A stretch of DNA of 64,000 bases from positions 16,740,001 to 16,804,000 of the forward strand of contig OX597839.1 of the NCBI GenBank assembly GCA_951406725.2. Reading direction: 5' to 3'. This document shows positions 12,230 to 25,627 of the stretch, piece after piece. Source of the DNA: Octopus vulgaris. Taxonomy: Eukaryota. Made by a program: the position numbers and the translations under genes. Numbering within the stretch: the stretch's first letter is position 1; the number at the start of each line of letters is the position of its first letter. Under the pieces are notes generated by a model. The model was not told the DNA's origin and did no database searches. It saw only the letters and a list, made by a program, of their open reading frames with translations.

Positions 12230-14404
12230 TTAAAGATTAAATAACCAATTAAAAATACGAGAAATGCACATTACACAGCCATTCAAAGTATCTGATGTGG
12301 ATGTTTTGAGCTTGAATTTTGTAATTTCCAAATGAACCATTCTTGCATTTTAAGGTCAGAAATGGCATCACGTGTATGAATGTGTTGCTCTTTACAGCAC
12401 TCGCATGATGTCAGAATGAGGACATACACCTGTGTGTATCTTGCGTACCGACTGAAAGTGGCAAGCTGGCAGAGTCATTGGCATTTCATCTGTTATGTTC
12501 CGAGTTCAAATTCTGCTGGGATTGACTTGACCTTTTCATCCTTTCAGGGTTGTTAAAATAAGTACCCGTTGAGCTCCCACTGAAATTACTAGCCTTGTGC
12601 CAAAATGCGAAACCATTATTTGACTGATTGACATTTACTTCAAATTATAAGTGTATAATTATATTCTTTCAGCTGGTTTAAACCATTATAGTTCTTTGGA
12701 TCACTGCCAAAATATGTGTTGATCTTTCTATAAATGTCTGTGTGGGTGTGTAAATGTGTCTGCCAAACACCATAACCATCCTCGTCAAGACAGTAATGTC
12801 CTTTTCTAATCATAGATATTGATTAAGCTCGATCTGCATTGCAGCATCAGTTGCTACATTGCAATGCATGCAGCATCTGTGTGACCTTATTGCCTAAAAT
12901 CCAAATTCTGGTGTGGCCTTACAGAGGTGTGTAAGAATTTTTCGTTCTGCAATCATGGGTTTGGGTTTACTGTGCAATACTTGAGGCTTTTATTATAGGC
13001 ATAGCTGTGTGGTTAACAAGCCCACTTAGTAACCATGTGGTTCCAAATTCAGTTCCATTGTGCAGCACTTTGGCCAAGTATCTTCAACAACAATCCCCAG
13101 TTGACCAATGCCTTGTGAGTGAATTTGGTAGACAGGAACTGGAAGCCTGTTGTGTATATACACGTGTCTGTGCTTGTCCCCTCCCACTATTTGAGAACCG
13201 CTGTTGGTTTGTTTATGTCCCCCCCAATAACTAAATTATTTGATCAAAGACACTGATAGAATGATTACCAGGTTTTAAAATAAGTACAGGCCCACAAGTA
13301 CACTCTTACTGTCTGCCCTTACTCTGTCTCTTTTATAGTTACATCAGTAACCCCTGCTCCTTTGATCTGGCTGTTGGCATATCACCTCTACTCAGTTGTT
13401 TCCCCTTTTTTCCCCTCACATTGTTCCTCTCCCAGTCTCATTCTAAATGCTTTTACCAGTCCTTCCTTCCTTCCTTCCATATTCCCTGGAATTCCCTTTC
13501 GGCTCTTGTCCTTTTTTCCTCGTGAGTGTTCCAAGAGAATATAAACTGCATTGACCTCACTGGTCCCAGAGAGGTCTTGTGAAGGTCATGATCACAATAC
13601 TTCTTGAATAAACTCTTAACCCTTTTACTGTGGAAATCAGATATATCCACTCACAATTTCATTACCGTTTGACTGTGAAAAGCAGATTTCTATCCCAATC
13701 TATTTTCTGTTGAAGAATGTCATGTTTAAAACTATTTTTTAATTGAAATGCCTCAAATTGATTGAGGCAACATGACTTGCAGAAAATACCAATTCTATGT
13801 TTTGGTAAATAATATCATTACTGGAATATTCTGCATCTTTTACTTGTTTCAGTTATTAGATTGTGACCATCCTGGGACACTGCCTTATATTTTAGTGGGA
13901 CAGATTGGCTCCAGTGTCTTTTGTTTTTTTTTAGCCTTGTTTGGTCTTTCTTGCCAGACAGCTCACTTATGGGGATGTAAACACACCAACATCAGTACTG
14001 AGGGGCAAACACAAAGATGCCCCCCCCCCCATGGGCCTCTTTCAATCTACAGCTATCAAATCCACTCACTAGTCTGGTCAACCTGGGGCTATAGTAGAAG
14101 ACACTTGTCCAGGGTGCCATGCTGTGGAACTGAACTGGAATCATGTGGTTGGAAAGCAAACTTCTTACCACACAGCCACGCCTGTTTCTATAATCATAAA
14201 ATTTAATTTTGCAGTTAAAGGGTTAAAAAACACTACACTTGCACCAGTTTGTTTAGTAAATGCTGAGCCTTACAGGAGAGATGACAAAAGACCGAGATAT
14301 CTGACGCCTTGCTGTACTTAAGACCTATTTACCACAGCAGAATCGATATCCTAAAATCGCCTTGGTAAAACTTGTCCATGGATCATCGTGATGGACCCAG
14401 GTTT

Positions 14405-15036
14405 CATCCAGAGACCAAAGCCCAGTCAATGTAGTGGAAGCACCGTGACTCACCCCCTCCAAAGAAGGCAAGGGTGCAGCCCTCCGCTGGCAAGGTCATG
14501 CTCACAGTCTTCTGGGACCAGGACGGAGTAGTGATGACAGATTTCCTGGCAAAGGGTACCACAATTGCAGGAGCCTATTATGCTTCACTTTTGAGGAAAT
14601 TAAGAGAAGTTATCAAAATCAAGAGGCGGGGCAAGATCAGCAAAGGCATCCTCCTCCTGCAGGACAACGCTCCGGTCCACAACTCGCTTGTCGCCAGATC
14701 AGAAGCACAGGCGTATGGCTATGAACTCCTCCCCATCCCCCCTACTTTCCTGACCTTGCACCCTCTGATTTTCACCTCTTCCCAATCATGAAGTTGTTTT
14801 TGAAAGGAAAGCGTTTCCCAGATGATGCAGCCTTGATTTCTGAAGTCATGTTCAGGTTGGAGGACCAAGCTGGGTTCTTCTACAAAAACGGTCTCCAGAG
14901 CCGCATCAAACGATGGGAGAAATGCGTAACTCTGGGTGGTTCCTATGTAGAAAAAGACTAATAAATGTGCCAAGTTTCGTTGCTCTACTGCTATGGGAAG
15001 TGGGTCAGGGGCATTACTTATTGAACGCCCCTCGTA
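14405..15036 (+). mobile_element. mariner transposase 3' half plus right TIR (defective)
   Basis: PSAGKVMLTVFWD, LLLQDNAPVH, (Y)FPDLAPSDFHLF; ends ttacttattgaacgcccctcg|ta. Confidence 0.92.
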
Positions 15037-15042
15037 CATCCC

Positions 15043-15261
15043 ACCCCGGCTTTCTCACTTTTTTCTCCCCACTCTGGCTTTCTCACGTTTTTTCTCCCCG
15101 CCCCAGCTTTCTCACTTTTTTCTCCCCACTCCGGCTTTCTCACTTTTTTCTCTCCCCGCCCCAGCTTTCTCACTTTTTTCTCCCCGCCCCGGCTTTCTCA
15201 CTTTTTTCTCTCCCCACCCTGGCTTTCTCACTTTTTTTCTCCCCACTCCGGCTTTCTCACT
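15043..15261. repeat. ~30-bp pyrimidine-rich minisatellite, ~7 copies
   Basis: Unit cccc(a/g)c(t/c)c(c/t)(g/a)gctttctcacttttttct(ct). Confidence 0.9.
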
Positions 15262-15838
15262 TACCTTTTTTCTCCTCACCCCAGACCACTTCTATTTTCT
15301 ATCCCCCCCCACCTCCTGTCTCCACCAATTACCTCCTTTCTGTGCCTTCTCTCTCCTTCTCTTACCTGCTTATACCCTCAATGCCTTCACATAACTACTG
15401 CAGCCCTTTCTCCTGAGCCCCTCTTACATTTCTCTCTATCTTTTGCTACAGTTACCTCCTTCCTACCCACTCACCCAGTCCAAGCCTCTCTATCACCTCC
15501 CCAACCTCACCACCCCCAATGTCCCGCAAGGGCATGTCCCAACATACCTTCATGTGGAAAGCACCCAGTACATGCTGTAAAGTGGTTGGTGTTACAGCGG
15601 GGAGGAGTGGGGGTCATCCAGCTGTAGAAATCATACCAGACCAAACTATGGAACCTGGTGTTGTTCCTAGCCTTACCAGTTCCTGTCAAACCGTCCAACC
15701 CATGCCAGCATGGAAAAATAGACATTTAAATGATGATGGTATCACCAAGTTTTACATAAACAACAAATTTATCTTGATTAATTTTCTTCTATTTATTTAA
15801 AGATTTCACCTTTGCTTTCTTCATTTCACGTTTTGCAG

Positions 15839-15984
15839 AGGGAGTCAAACTTTGGCGGAATCTAACATTCTTTGTTGCCCTTCCTGGTGTAGCCCTCTGT
15901 TGGGCAAATGCCTATGTTTTTGCAGAACATGATCACGAAAGGACTGAATTTAAACCCTATTCACATCTTTACATTCGCTCTAAG
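15839..15984 (+). CDS. COX6A: Cytochrome c oxidase subunit 6A, exon 2
   Basis: Pyrimidine tract + ttttgcag acceptor; (E)GVKLWRNLTFFVALPGVALCWANAYVFAEHDHERTEFKPYSHLYIRSK = COX6A TM helix and YxHLxIRxK motif; donor AAG|gtaaaa, phase 0. Confidence 0.96.
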
Positions 15985-17834
15985 GTAAAATGTTTTCACT
16001 TTGAAATATGTCGTTTATGTAAGTTGTTAAATGCTTTCGGATGTGTGACTATATGAAGTGCTCTACCAGGCCTTAAGGCTAACACATTGAAGTAGATAGC
16101 TATGTGATGTACCCTACCATGTGGGGCTAACACACTGAAGTGGATTACTGTATGGACTTATGATCAAAAGAGCATCAGGCTGATCACATCATGGGGGGAA
16201 AATCTCACATTGAGGCAGATGCAGCTGGCTTCATTGAATGTTTCCTAACCTAATATGAGTGTTTGGTTCATCACTTTTAGCCAGAGATAGAGACAATCCA
16301 TGCAGTGGAAACCCCACTTCTCACCTGCTCCAAGTAGGGCTTATTGAAATGGACGACTTTATGACATACCTTACTACTACTACTACTACTGCTACTGCTG
16401 CTGCTGCTACTGTTGGTGCATGAAGGTGAGCTGAAAAGTTCATAAGCTGACAAAGAAAGAGTGAAGCTAGAGCTGTGAAATTTTGTGTGCATTCATTTCA
16501 GATCTTATTAATAACTGCATTGTTTCTTCCCAGGTAAACTTTTCAGTCAATCCTTGTAGTTTTAAATGAAGAACAATTGTTCCACATCAGTCTGTCAGTG
16601 ACAACTTTGCTAATTGTTTTTCATGCTGAAGGTGTTTCTATACTTCTCCCTGTCGTGTGTGTGTGAAGGCATGGCCTGATGGTTAGTGTGTTTAGCTTGT
16701 GATTATAATGCTGCAGGTTTGATTCCTGAGTCAGACAGTGTGCTATGTTCTTGATCTGAAAATATTTCTACCAGCTGACTGCTGGTACTGCCCTCTCTTT
16801 AGTAGTCTGGTTGTCACATCCTCGGTGGTTCCACTGGATTGAGGATGGGGAAGCCAAAAGAAGCACCTAAAATGATTTACAAAGAACATTACATGTGCTT
16901 GTGAGTAATGGCTAAGTCATCATTTAATGTCCATTTTCCATGCTGGCATGGGTTAAACAGTTTGGCTAAGCAGAAGACTTCATGTAGCTTCACTGTCTGT
17001 TTTGGCACGGCTTTTATGGTTGGATGCCCTTTCTAACACCAACCACACCTCCAGTATATATGTGTGTGTGTGTAGCAATTAAAGAGGATTAAAATCCGAG
17101 CTGTATCCTCAGTAAGCACTTCTGTGAAGGCCACCTATTAGATGTCTATCTGTAGATGGTTTATCTTGAAGAAGAAAACTATCCATACATGTGGAGATCC
17201 CTGGTCAAATAGATTGGCCGTAGAATATGATCACATTACGTCAAAGACTAAGGAATTACAGATAATATGAATTCCAGTCTTTGATTTAAAATATAGACAT
17301 ACACTCAGGCATACACATATACATGCATAGTTTTTACATTGTGTGTAAATACAGAATGCAGGTGATGTGTGGATCTGAGTTCTTTCTGGCTGTGTGGTGA
17401 AAACTCTTGGTTTATTTCTGTCCCTTTAGTTCTCCCTCATAACTAAAGCCAAGTCCACCTGTTGTTGTCAGCTCTTAAAATGACCACATCTTCGGACATT
17501 CTCTCCTCTCCCTAACATACTTTTAAGTTATCACACCAGTCGGTGTTCATTTACTAAATTCCTGTAACGTCTTCAGGCATCTGAGATGTTACAGAATTTA
17601 CACTGTTTAGCTGATAATAACTCTGGTATCCACAGCCAACGCTTATGGTTGTACTATTCATATTTTTAGCTGATGAGATCAAATAGCAGTGAAGCATGAA
17701 ACCTGTCTAGTTGTTCCTACCACTTTATATTTCCAAAGATCAGACTCCCTCCCAACTACATTCTGTTTTCAAAATAACAATTTCATGAGTTGTCTCCCCT
17801 ATTTCTCTTTTTCTCTCATGCTTTTTGTTTTTAA

Positions 17835-18043
17835 CGCTTTAGCTTTTAAACTGGCCAAATTCAGCCCAAATATTCTACCCATCTTATGCTCAAACAATCA
17901 AGATCTGGTCTCTTACACATACCCTACAATGTCATTCTAAAAATAATGTCGCATCAAAATCTCACAGCTACAAGATAATGCATGATTGATTTGAAACAAT
18001 GTGAATAAATATTAAATTTGACAGTAATCTGAATGATAGAGGG
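17835..18043. mobile_element. piggyBac-like MITE (second family)
   Basis: ttaa|cgctttagc ... gatagaggg|ttaa. Confidence 0.6.
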
Positions 18044-18321
18044 TTAAATTTTAATACTAAAATTAGCATTTTCTTCTGACTACCGTTGTGATTTTTGATT
18101 AAAATTCTCAGCTCACTGCACTAAGTGGGGCCCACTTTTTTTTTTATCCATTTGTCAATTTAGTTATCTGTCTACCTGTGTGTATGTATCTTTATATTTT
18201 ACTGTGTTGCAATTTGTTCATCTGTAAATTAATAGAAAGCTGTTTGTTGACATTCTGCTCTAGACAACAGCTGATTAAAGTCATTTTCGTTTCTTATGTC
18301 TACTATTTGTCTCTCTTGCAG

Positions 18322-18402
18322 CCGTTCCCTTGGGGTGATGGTAACCATGGACTTTTCCATAACAAAGCAGTGAATGCCTTACCAGAGGGCTATGAAGATT
18401 AG
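18322..18402 (+). CDS. COX6A: Cytochrome c oxidase subunit 6A, exon 3 (stop)
   Basis: ctctcttgcag acceptor; [26 protein letters not shown], the hallmark COX6A C-terminus. Confidence 0.97.
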   Translation, partial: PFPWGDGNHGLFHNKAVNALPEGYED

Positions 18403-18508
18403 TTTCATGTGGATATTAATGTCGTTGCCGTAATCTTTTTAAGTTATCAGTTCTACTTTGTAGTTCAGTTCTCTGCCGGTCACAATGTGACCTAGCAGTT
18501 ACGTGTAC

Positions 18509-18514
18509 AATAAA
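18509..18514 (+). promoter_or_regulatory. Polyadenylation signal of COX6A
   Basis: AATAAA ~107 nt after the stop, followed by a T/GT-rich downstream element (ttttttccttgtgttgttt). Confidence 0.7.
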
Positions 18515-20428
18515 GAAGATAACACCCTTTTTTTTCCTTGTGTTGTTTACTTGTTTGCATTGCTGTTTGTTTTATTATTTACTATATCAGTCACAAGTTG
18601 TTGTTCCTAGTCTCAACTTAACCAATTTGTTACCTTATTTCTGTAGAAATACACTTCATTGCTTTCAATTAATTTTGAAATTAATGGAGAATTTAGTAAA
18701 ATAACCTTGTCATTGTTAAGCTGTGTTTGAAACATAAATTAACGAAATGTTGATGGAAGGTCTTAATTTAAATCACTTTAAAAACAGGAAATTTGTGTCA
18801 TAGAAATAAGGGTGGGCTCGGCAGATTGGTATCAAAAGCATCTCTATATTAATATGCTTTGGCCAAATGCATGAGAGAAGAGTGTTAGTGCTGAGAGGCA
18901 AGAGAACGGTATTGCTACCATGTAGTGTGGTTGGTTAGTTGAAGGAAGTGGTAGAGAGAGTTAAACATTTTAAGGGGTATGTGGTATGGTTGAAGCAAGA
19001 GGCAAAGAGAGAATGTTGACTGAAAAGAATGCAGGAGTGAAAGCAGCTACATGATTTTAAATGTATACTAGAATCTTGTTAAGAAATGAAAATAAGTTTA
19101 TTATTACAGGTTTAGATATGTCTCTATATCTTCAATCTGTGTGGATAGATAAATTCAGTGATGAATAGAAGAGAGATGGATGGCTAGATATATTGTTATA
19201 GTTAAATAAAGGTGAAATAACCTTAGCAAATAGTTGTGAATGTTACTTTTACCTTTTAATGTGTAGCAGCCTAAAGGCTGAGGTCATACTGGGGCACTAC
19301 AGTTTTTTTTTTCTTGGTTGTTTGGTTAAAATTTTTATCTACATTGTTTGAGTAGAAGATACACACTGCACCAGAAATGTATTAGGCAGTATAGAAGGTG
19401 CTATCTATCTGAATTTTTACTGCTTATCAAGAATCAAATGTTTCAGAAAAATATACAATTTTCAAAATAACCATGGAATTTCCATTGGTTCTGCTAGTTG
19501 ATCATAAACGATGCAAAAATCTGATAAAACAGCCAGTCTTGGCTGGAGTCTTGTCAGATTATGCCACTGCATTATTCACTGATGGGGCTCATCTCTGGTG
19601 TACCCCAAGGCTTTTTGGTTCTGTTACACACATTTTTCCTTTCATACATTAACAACCTCAGAATCATCAGTTCCAGATATTTGGTAAAACCATACAATTG
19701 TGCTGGATGCTGTTCCTGCCACCCTAACTTTTTCCTCATAGTTGAACATGTTTTCACAGAAATTTGGAAGTCATTGACCCTGAATGATGATGCTGCTTCC
19801 CTCCTCTCTGTTAGAAGGAGGCACAAGCACTTGCATATACACACATGATGCAAACTTCTGTTTACCAAATTCAATCACAAGGCTTCAATGCACACACTTA
19901 CATATAATGGGCATTTTTCAGGTTCCATCAATCAAATCCATTCGCAAGAATTTCATTGGGCCAGGGCTATAGTAGAACATTTAAGGTACTACTCATTTGA
20001 ACTGTACCTGAAAAAAAAACCCCATCTGTTTGGAACACACTTTTTACCCACATGCTCATGCTTGCATCTAGCCATAAAGAGCAAACTTAAATCCTTTTCA
20101 ATAGATACAATGTTACTTCATATGTTTACAAAGGAGTCTACATGTGGGGTGTTGTTAACCAAAACCCTTTGTACAGACAATATTGCTTTCCACTTCTCTC
20201 TAAGCTTCTAGACAATTATGGTTCTCATATAACACTTCTCATCAAGCCTGTGTTGTTTCCATGAGCACAAACTTTATAAACCTCCAGTGGAGGAACATAT
20301 GATGATACAATAATCCCTGGCCATGTCGTGGTTTATTATTTAAGCTTACACCGATTCTTCCATGGTGTTGTTTTGCATTTACAATGAAATAAATATATAC
20401 AAATGATAGAAATAATAATAAAAAAATA

Positions 20429-20815
20429 TAGGAGTGGCTGTGTGGTAAGTAGCTTGCTTACCAACCACATGGTTCTAGGTTCAGTCCCACTGCGTGGCAC
20501 CTTGGGCAAGTGTCTTCTACTATAGCCTCAGGCCGACCAAAGCCTTGTGAGTGGATTTGGTAGACGGAAACTGAAAGAAGCCTGTTGTATATATGTATAT
20601 ATATGTGTGTGTGTCTCTGTTTGTCCCCCCCACCATCGCTTGACAACCGATGCTGGTGTGTTTACGTCGCCGTAACTTAGCGGTTCGGCAAAAGAGACCG
20701 ATAGAATAAGTACTAGGCTAACAAAGAATAAGTCCTGGGGCTTGATTTCCTCGACTAAAGGCAGTGCTCCAGCATGGCCACAGTCAAATGACTGAAACAA
20801 ATAAAAGTAAAAGAG
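20429..20815 (+). mobile_element. tRNA-derived SINE family A, full-length representative (~20 copies in window)
   Basis: Head ggagtggctgtgtggtaagtagc..ggttcagtccc, central (TA/TG)n, tail ggtgctccagcatggccacagtcaaatgactgaaaca. Copies at ~5375, 10100, 13000, 13840, 22360, 23715, 27754, 30080, 32280, 35834, 38441, 40907, 41510, 42520, 54432. Confidence 0.95.
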
Positions 20816-23800
20816 AGTGAGGTACAGTGCTGTTTCTACTTCACCTATTGCGGTGGGTTTCGTAACATAACATCCACAATAGTCAAGGGTTTTCTATATA
20901 TGTATACATAATGTATGCATTGTGTATTTATACATATATGTCATAAGATCAAACTAGAACCTGGTACAACTGTCTAGCTTACCAGTTCCAATCAAACTGT
21001 CTAACCCGTGCTAGTATGGAAAGCAGACGCTAAATGATAATATATTAATGACTTGTAGGTATGTGGTATTCCATTATACAACCATAATATTCTATAAAGT
21101 ATATTAACCATTTTTCCTTTTTGATTTCATTGTTTTGCATTTGACCTCTCAGATATGAAACGTAGTAACAAAAATCGGTGCTGGTTATAATTTCTATAAA
21201 ATATCTGCAGAGATAACCATGAGTTAGGTAACAGGTGAGTGAAATCACAGTTGTGGCCGATGACAGTACTGCCTGATTGGCACCTGTACCAGTGGAATGT
21301 TAAAAGCACCATTTGAGTGTGGCTGATGTCAGTGGCACGTAAAAGCACCCACTACACTCTCGGAGTGGTTGGCGTTAGGAAGGGCATCCAGCTGTAGATT
21401 TTATGAACGCAGAAGATTTTCAGTGTGTATGGGCACATATATATATATACGTGCCCATACACACATTTACATGCTCATATACACATATGCATATATCATC
21501 ATCATCATCATTTAACGTCCACTTTCCATGCTAGCATGGGTTGAACTGTTCGACTGGGAAGCCAGGAGGCTGCAGCAGGCCCAGTCTGATCTGGCAGTGT
21601 TTCTACAGCTGGATGCCCTTCCTAACACCAACCACTCCGTGAGTGTAGTGGGTGCTTTTAACGTGCCAGGGGAGGCTGGCATATATATGTATAAATATAC
21701 ACACACACATAAATATATATGTATACGCAACTTCATCCTCACATAGATATATACCTACACTTATATTAGACATTTATGGAAATAAATATACTCATACATG
21801 TATATGTATACTCATACAGGTATATATTCACACTCGCCGCATACATGAATATACATATATGTATGGAGGTATATATATATATATATACATCCTCCTATCA
21901 ATCAACACACCTACAACCGCAGATATACAAGTGTATGTACATACATATACGTATAAAGGAAGGAGACATGTGCATGACAGTTGCCCTTATGCACCGGATA
22001 CAGTCTTACACTCGTACATTCATGCACACATATACACTAACATATAATTATAAATACATATTCTCATACGCATATACATGCAATCACACAATTAAAGAAG
22101 GAAAAAATATATAAAACAAAAAGTGTTAAGACATGGAAGGCTTGTACAGGGACATCGTGAAAAAGCAGATTCTAATTTAAATAAATTCTGTCTTTGTGCA
22201 GCTGAGGATTGCTCTGCATTTTAAATTGATGTAATGATTGCATTGTTCAATTAAATGGAGTTGCATGAAACGATTGTACTGCATTACCTATGGATATCTT
22301 TGTTGCTTATTTTGATTTTATATATATATATATATGCTTGCATGTATGTATGTATTCATATAGGTGCAGGTGTGGCTGTGTGGTTACAAGCTTGCTTCTC
22401 AGTCACATCGTTAGAGGTTCAGTCCCATTGCATACCACCTTGGGCAATTGTCTTCTATAGCTTTTGGCCAACCAAAACCTTGTGAGTAGATTTGGTAGAT
22501 GGAAATTGAAAGAACCCTGTCATATATGTATGTGTATCTTTGTGTCTGTGTTTGTTTCCCCATCACCACTTGACAACCGGTGTTGGTGATTTTACATTCC
22601 CGTAACATAACAGTTTGGCAAAAGAGACCGATAGAGTAAATACTAAGCTTAAAAAAATAAGTCTTGGGGGTCAATTTGTTCAACTAAAAAGCCTTTCGTG
22701 GTGGTGCTCCTGCATGGCCACAGTCAAATGACTGAAACAAATAAAAGAATAATATCTACACACACACATACATACATATATATATATATAAAATAATAAT
22801 AATAATCCTTTCTACTGGAGGCACATGGCCTTAGATTTGTGGGGAAGGGACTAGCTGATTACATCGACCCCAGTATTTCTCTGTTACTTAATTTATCAAC
22901 CCCAAAAGGATGAAAGGCAAATTTGAACTCAGAACATAACGACAGGTGAAATACCTATTTCTTTACTGCCCACAAGGGGCTACACACTGAGGGGGCAAAC
23001 AAGGACAGATATAATGATGCTCTCTGATATATCAAGATTAAGTCGATTACATCGACCCTAGTGCGTAACTGGTACTTATTTGATCGACCCCGAAAAGATG
23101 AAAGGCAAAGTTGACCTCGGCAGAATTTGAACTCAGAACATAGCGGCATACGAAATACGGCTACGCATTTCGCCCGGCTTGCTAATGTCTCTGCCAGCTC
23201 GCCAACAGGTGAAATACCGTTAAGCATTTCACCCAGCATGGTAATAATTGAATAATAATAATAATTGATTAAGTAACCAGAAGATTGATTTAGTATTAGT
23301 CTTTGTTTGGTACAACGATTGTTTTGACCCATCCTGTTATTGTCCCTTATGGGTGGGACTCCATGCCTCATGTTGTGTTGCATCCATTTTGCAGTTTGGG
23401 TCCCATCAAGTACATCCATCCATAAAGTGCTGTCTTGCTAAAGATCTTCAGTTGGAGTGGTCGTGTTATTTGTTCATCAAGTTAGAGAACCCCTACAGCA
23501 GCAGGATGGATTGAAACTAGGGTCGTACAAAATAAAGACTAATACCAAATCCATTTTCAGGTTACTCAGTTATTATTATCTCAACCAACACTGCGGAATT
23601 CCTGAAGTAAATCCAACGGAAATATACCCCCCCCAACTGCGGATGACACAAGGTAGCCCAAACCCTGCCAGTGCTTTGGTCAACACATTAATACACTAAT
23701 TGATATACACCCATTATTCTTTTACTTGTTTCAGTCATTTGACTGTGGCCATGTTGGAGCACCACCTTTAGTCAAACAAATTGACCCCAAGACTTATTCT

Positions 23801-24075
23801 TTGTAGGCTTAGACATAAACACACCAACATCGGTTGTTAAGCGACGGTGGGGAGACAAACTCATGCACAAACATATATATATATGACAGGCTTCTTTCAG
23901 TTTCCATCTACTAAATCCACTCAGAAGGCTTTGATCAGCCTGAGGCTATAGTAGAAGACACTTGCTCAAGGTGCAATGCAGTGGGACTGAACCCAGAACC
24001 ATGTCGTTGGGAAGCAAGCTTCTTACAACACATCCACGCCTATGCCTAACATAATTATTACATATGTGTATATAC

Positions 24076-24179
<104 letters not shown>

Positions 24180-25057
24180 CATATATTATATATACACACA
24201 CACACACATATATATATATATATGTATGAATGTACATAGGTATATCTGTGTGTGTGTATGTGTTCATAGATATAATGATGCTCTGTCTAATATATCCATT
24301 CCAGCTCTGCTGTCACCTCCATCTTCCACCTCTTCCCCCATCTTCTCATTATCATTATTTCATCTATGTCTTTGTTGATCATTGTTTGTCGTCCGTTGGT
24401 GCTTGACTGATGTCGAGTACTTTTGTCATTATATTATTTGTCGCATTCTCTGAATGTGTGCAAGGTACCATTACCTGTTCCCTGGTTTCCGTGTCTACAC
24501 CACGTTTACACCTGTACAGGTACAAACACGTTCTACATAACAGCAAGTTAGCGAGCAATACCATACACCGCTATCATCACCACGACGACAACCATCAACA
24601 TCACCACCACTATCACCATCACCAACAACAGCAGCAATGAGATCACTGACTCTCGTAGGTGAAAAGGGAGTAAGTATAGACATTACATTGATCAAATAAT
24701 AAAGAAAAGTTATGGTCATTATTTTCATATTTTTTATTAAATACGGTGTTGGATTGGTAGAATCTTCTGATTCTCTATGCTCCGAGTTCAAATCTTGCCA
24801 ACATCAACTTTGCTTTTCATCCTTTTGGAGACAGTAAAATAATAATACAAGTCAAATTCAGTGGAGTGGGGGGTCACTGTGGTTGAGGATAGACCTTGTG
24901 CCTATAGTAGAAAGGATTATTATTATTATTAGCCTGAGGCTATAGTAGAAGACACTTGCGCAAGGTGCTATGCAGTGGGACTGAACCCAGAACCATGTTG
25001 GGAAGCAAGCTTCTTACCACTCATCCACACCTACACCTCTCATAAATATTACATATG

Positions 25058-25158
<101 letters not shown>

Positions 25159-25181
25159 GTATATATGTATATATATATATG

Positions 25182-25230
<49 letters not shown>

Positions 25231-25319
25231 ATGGATGGATGTACATAGGTATATCTGTGTGTGTGTGTGTTCATAGATATAATGATGCTCTCTGATATTT
25301 CAAGTTACAACAAGGACCT

Positions 25320-25627
25320 TAAAAAGACAATACTTTCCTTAAGATGTGGGCTGTGCCCAACAAGGCTGCTTTTTGCAAGACATCAATCTTGCATGAGATT
25401 TCCAGTTACCTTGAAAAGTCTTGAAGTTTCAATGGGATTGAGCCCAACGCTCCGATCACCACTGGTATCACTTTTACATTACCCTCTCGCATTCCATTTC
25501 CACTTTCAATTTGGAGTACTTAGTCAATTTTTCAACCTCTTTACTCACAACATTCATGTCATTTGGTATGGTTACATCAATGATCTGACAGTATTTGTCT
25601 CTCTTATTCAATATGATAATATCTGGC
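25320..25627 (-). mobile_element. C-terminal restriction-like endonuclease fragment of an R4/NeSL-type non-LTR element
   Basis: PDIIILNKRDKYCQIIDVTIPND..KEVEKLTKYSKL (PD..D..E.K..KY motif) followed by LQKAALLGTAHILRKVL. Confidence 0.8.

Noticed and set aside
23270-23700. Possible host exon(s)
   Set aside because: Broken frames and no convincing splice sites; probably a decayed non-LTR fragment, family not assignable by eye
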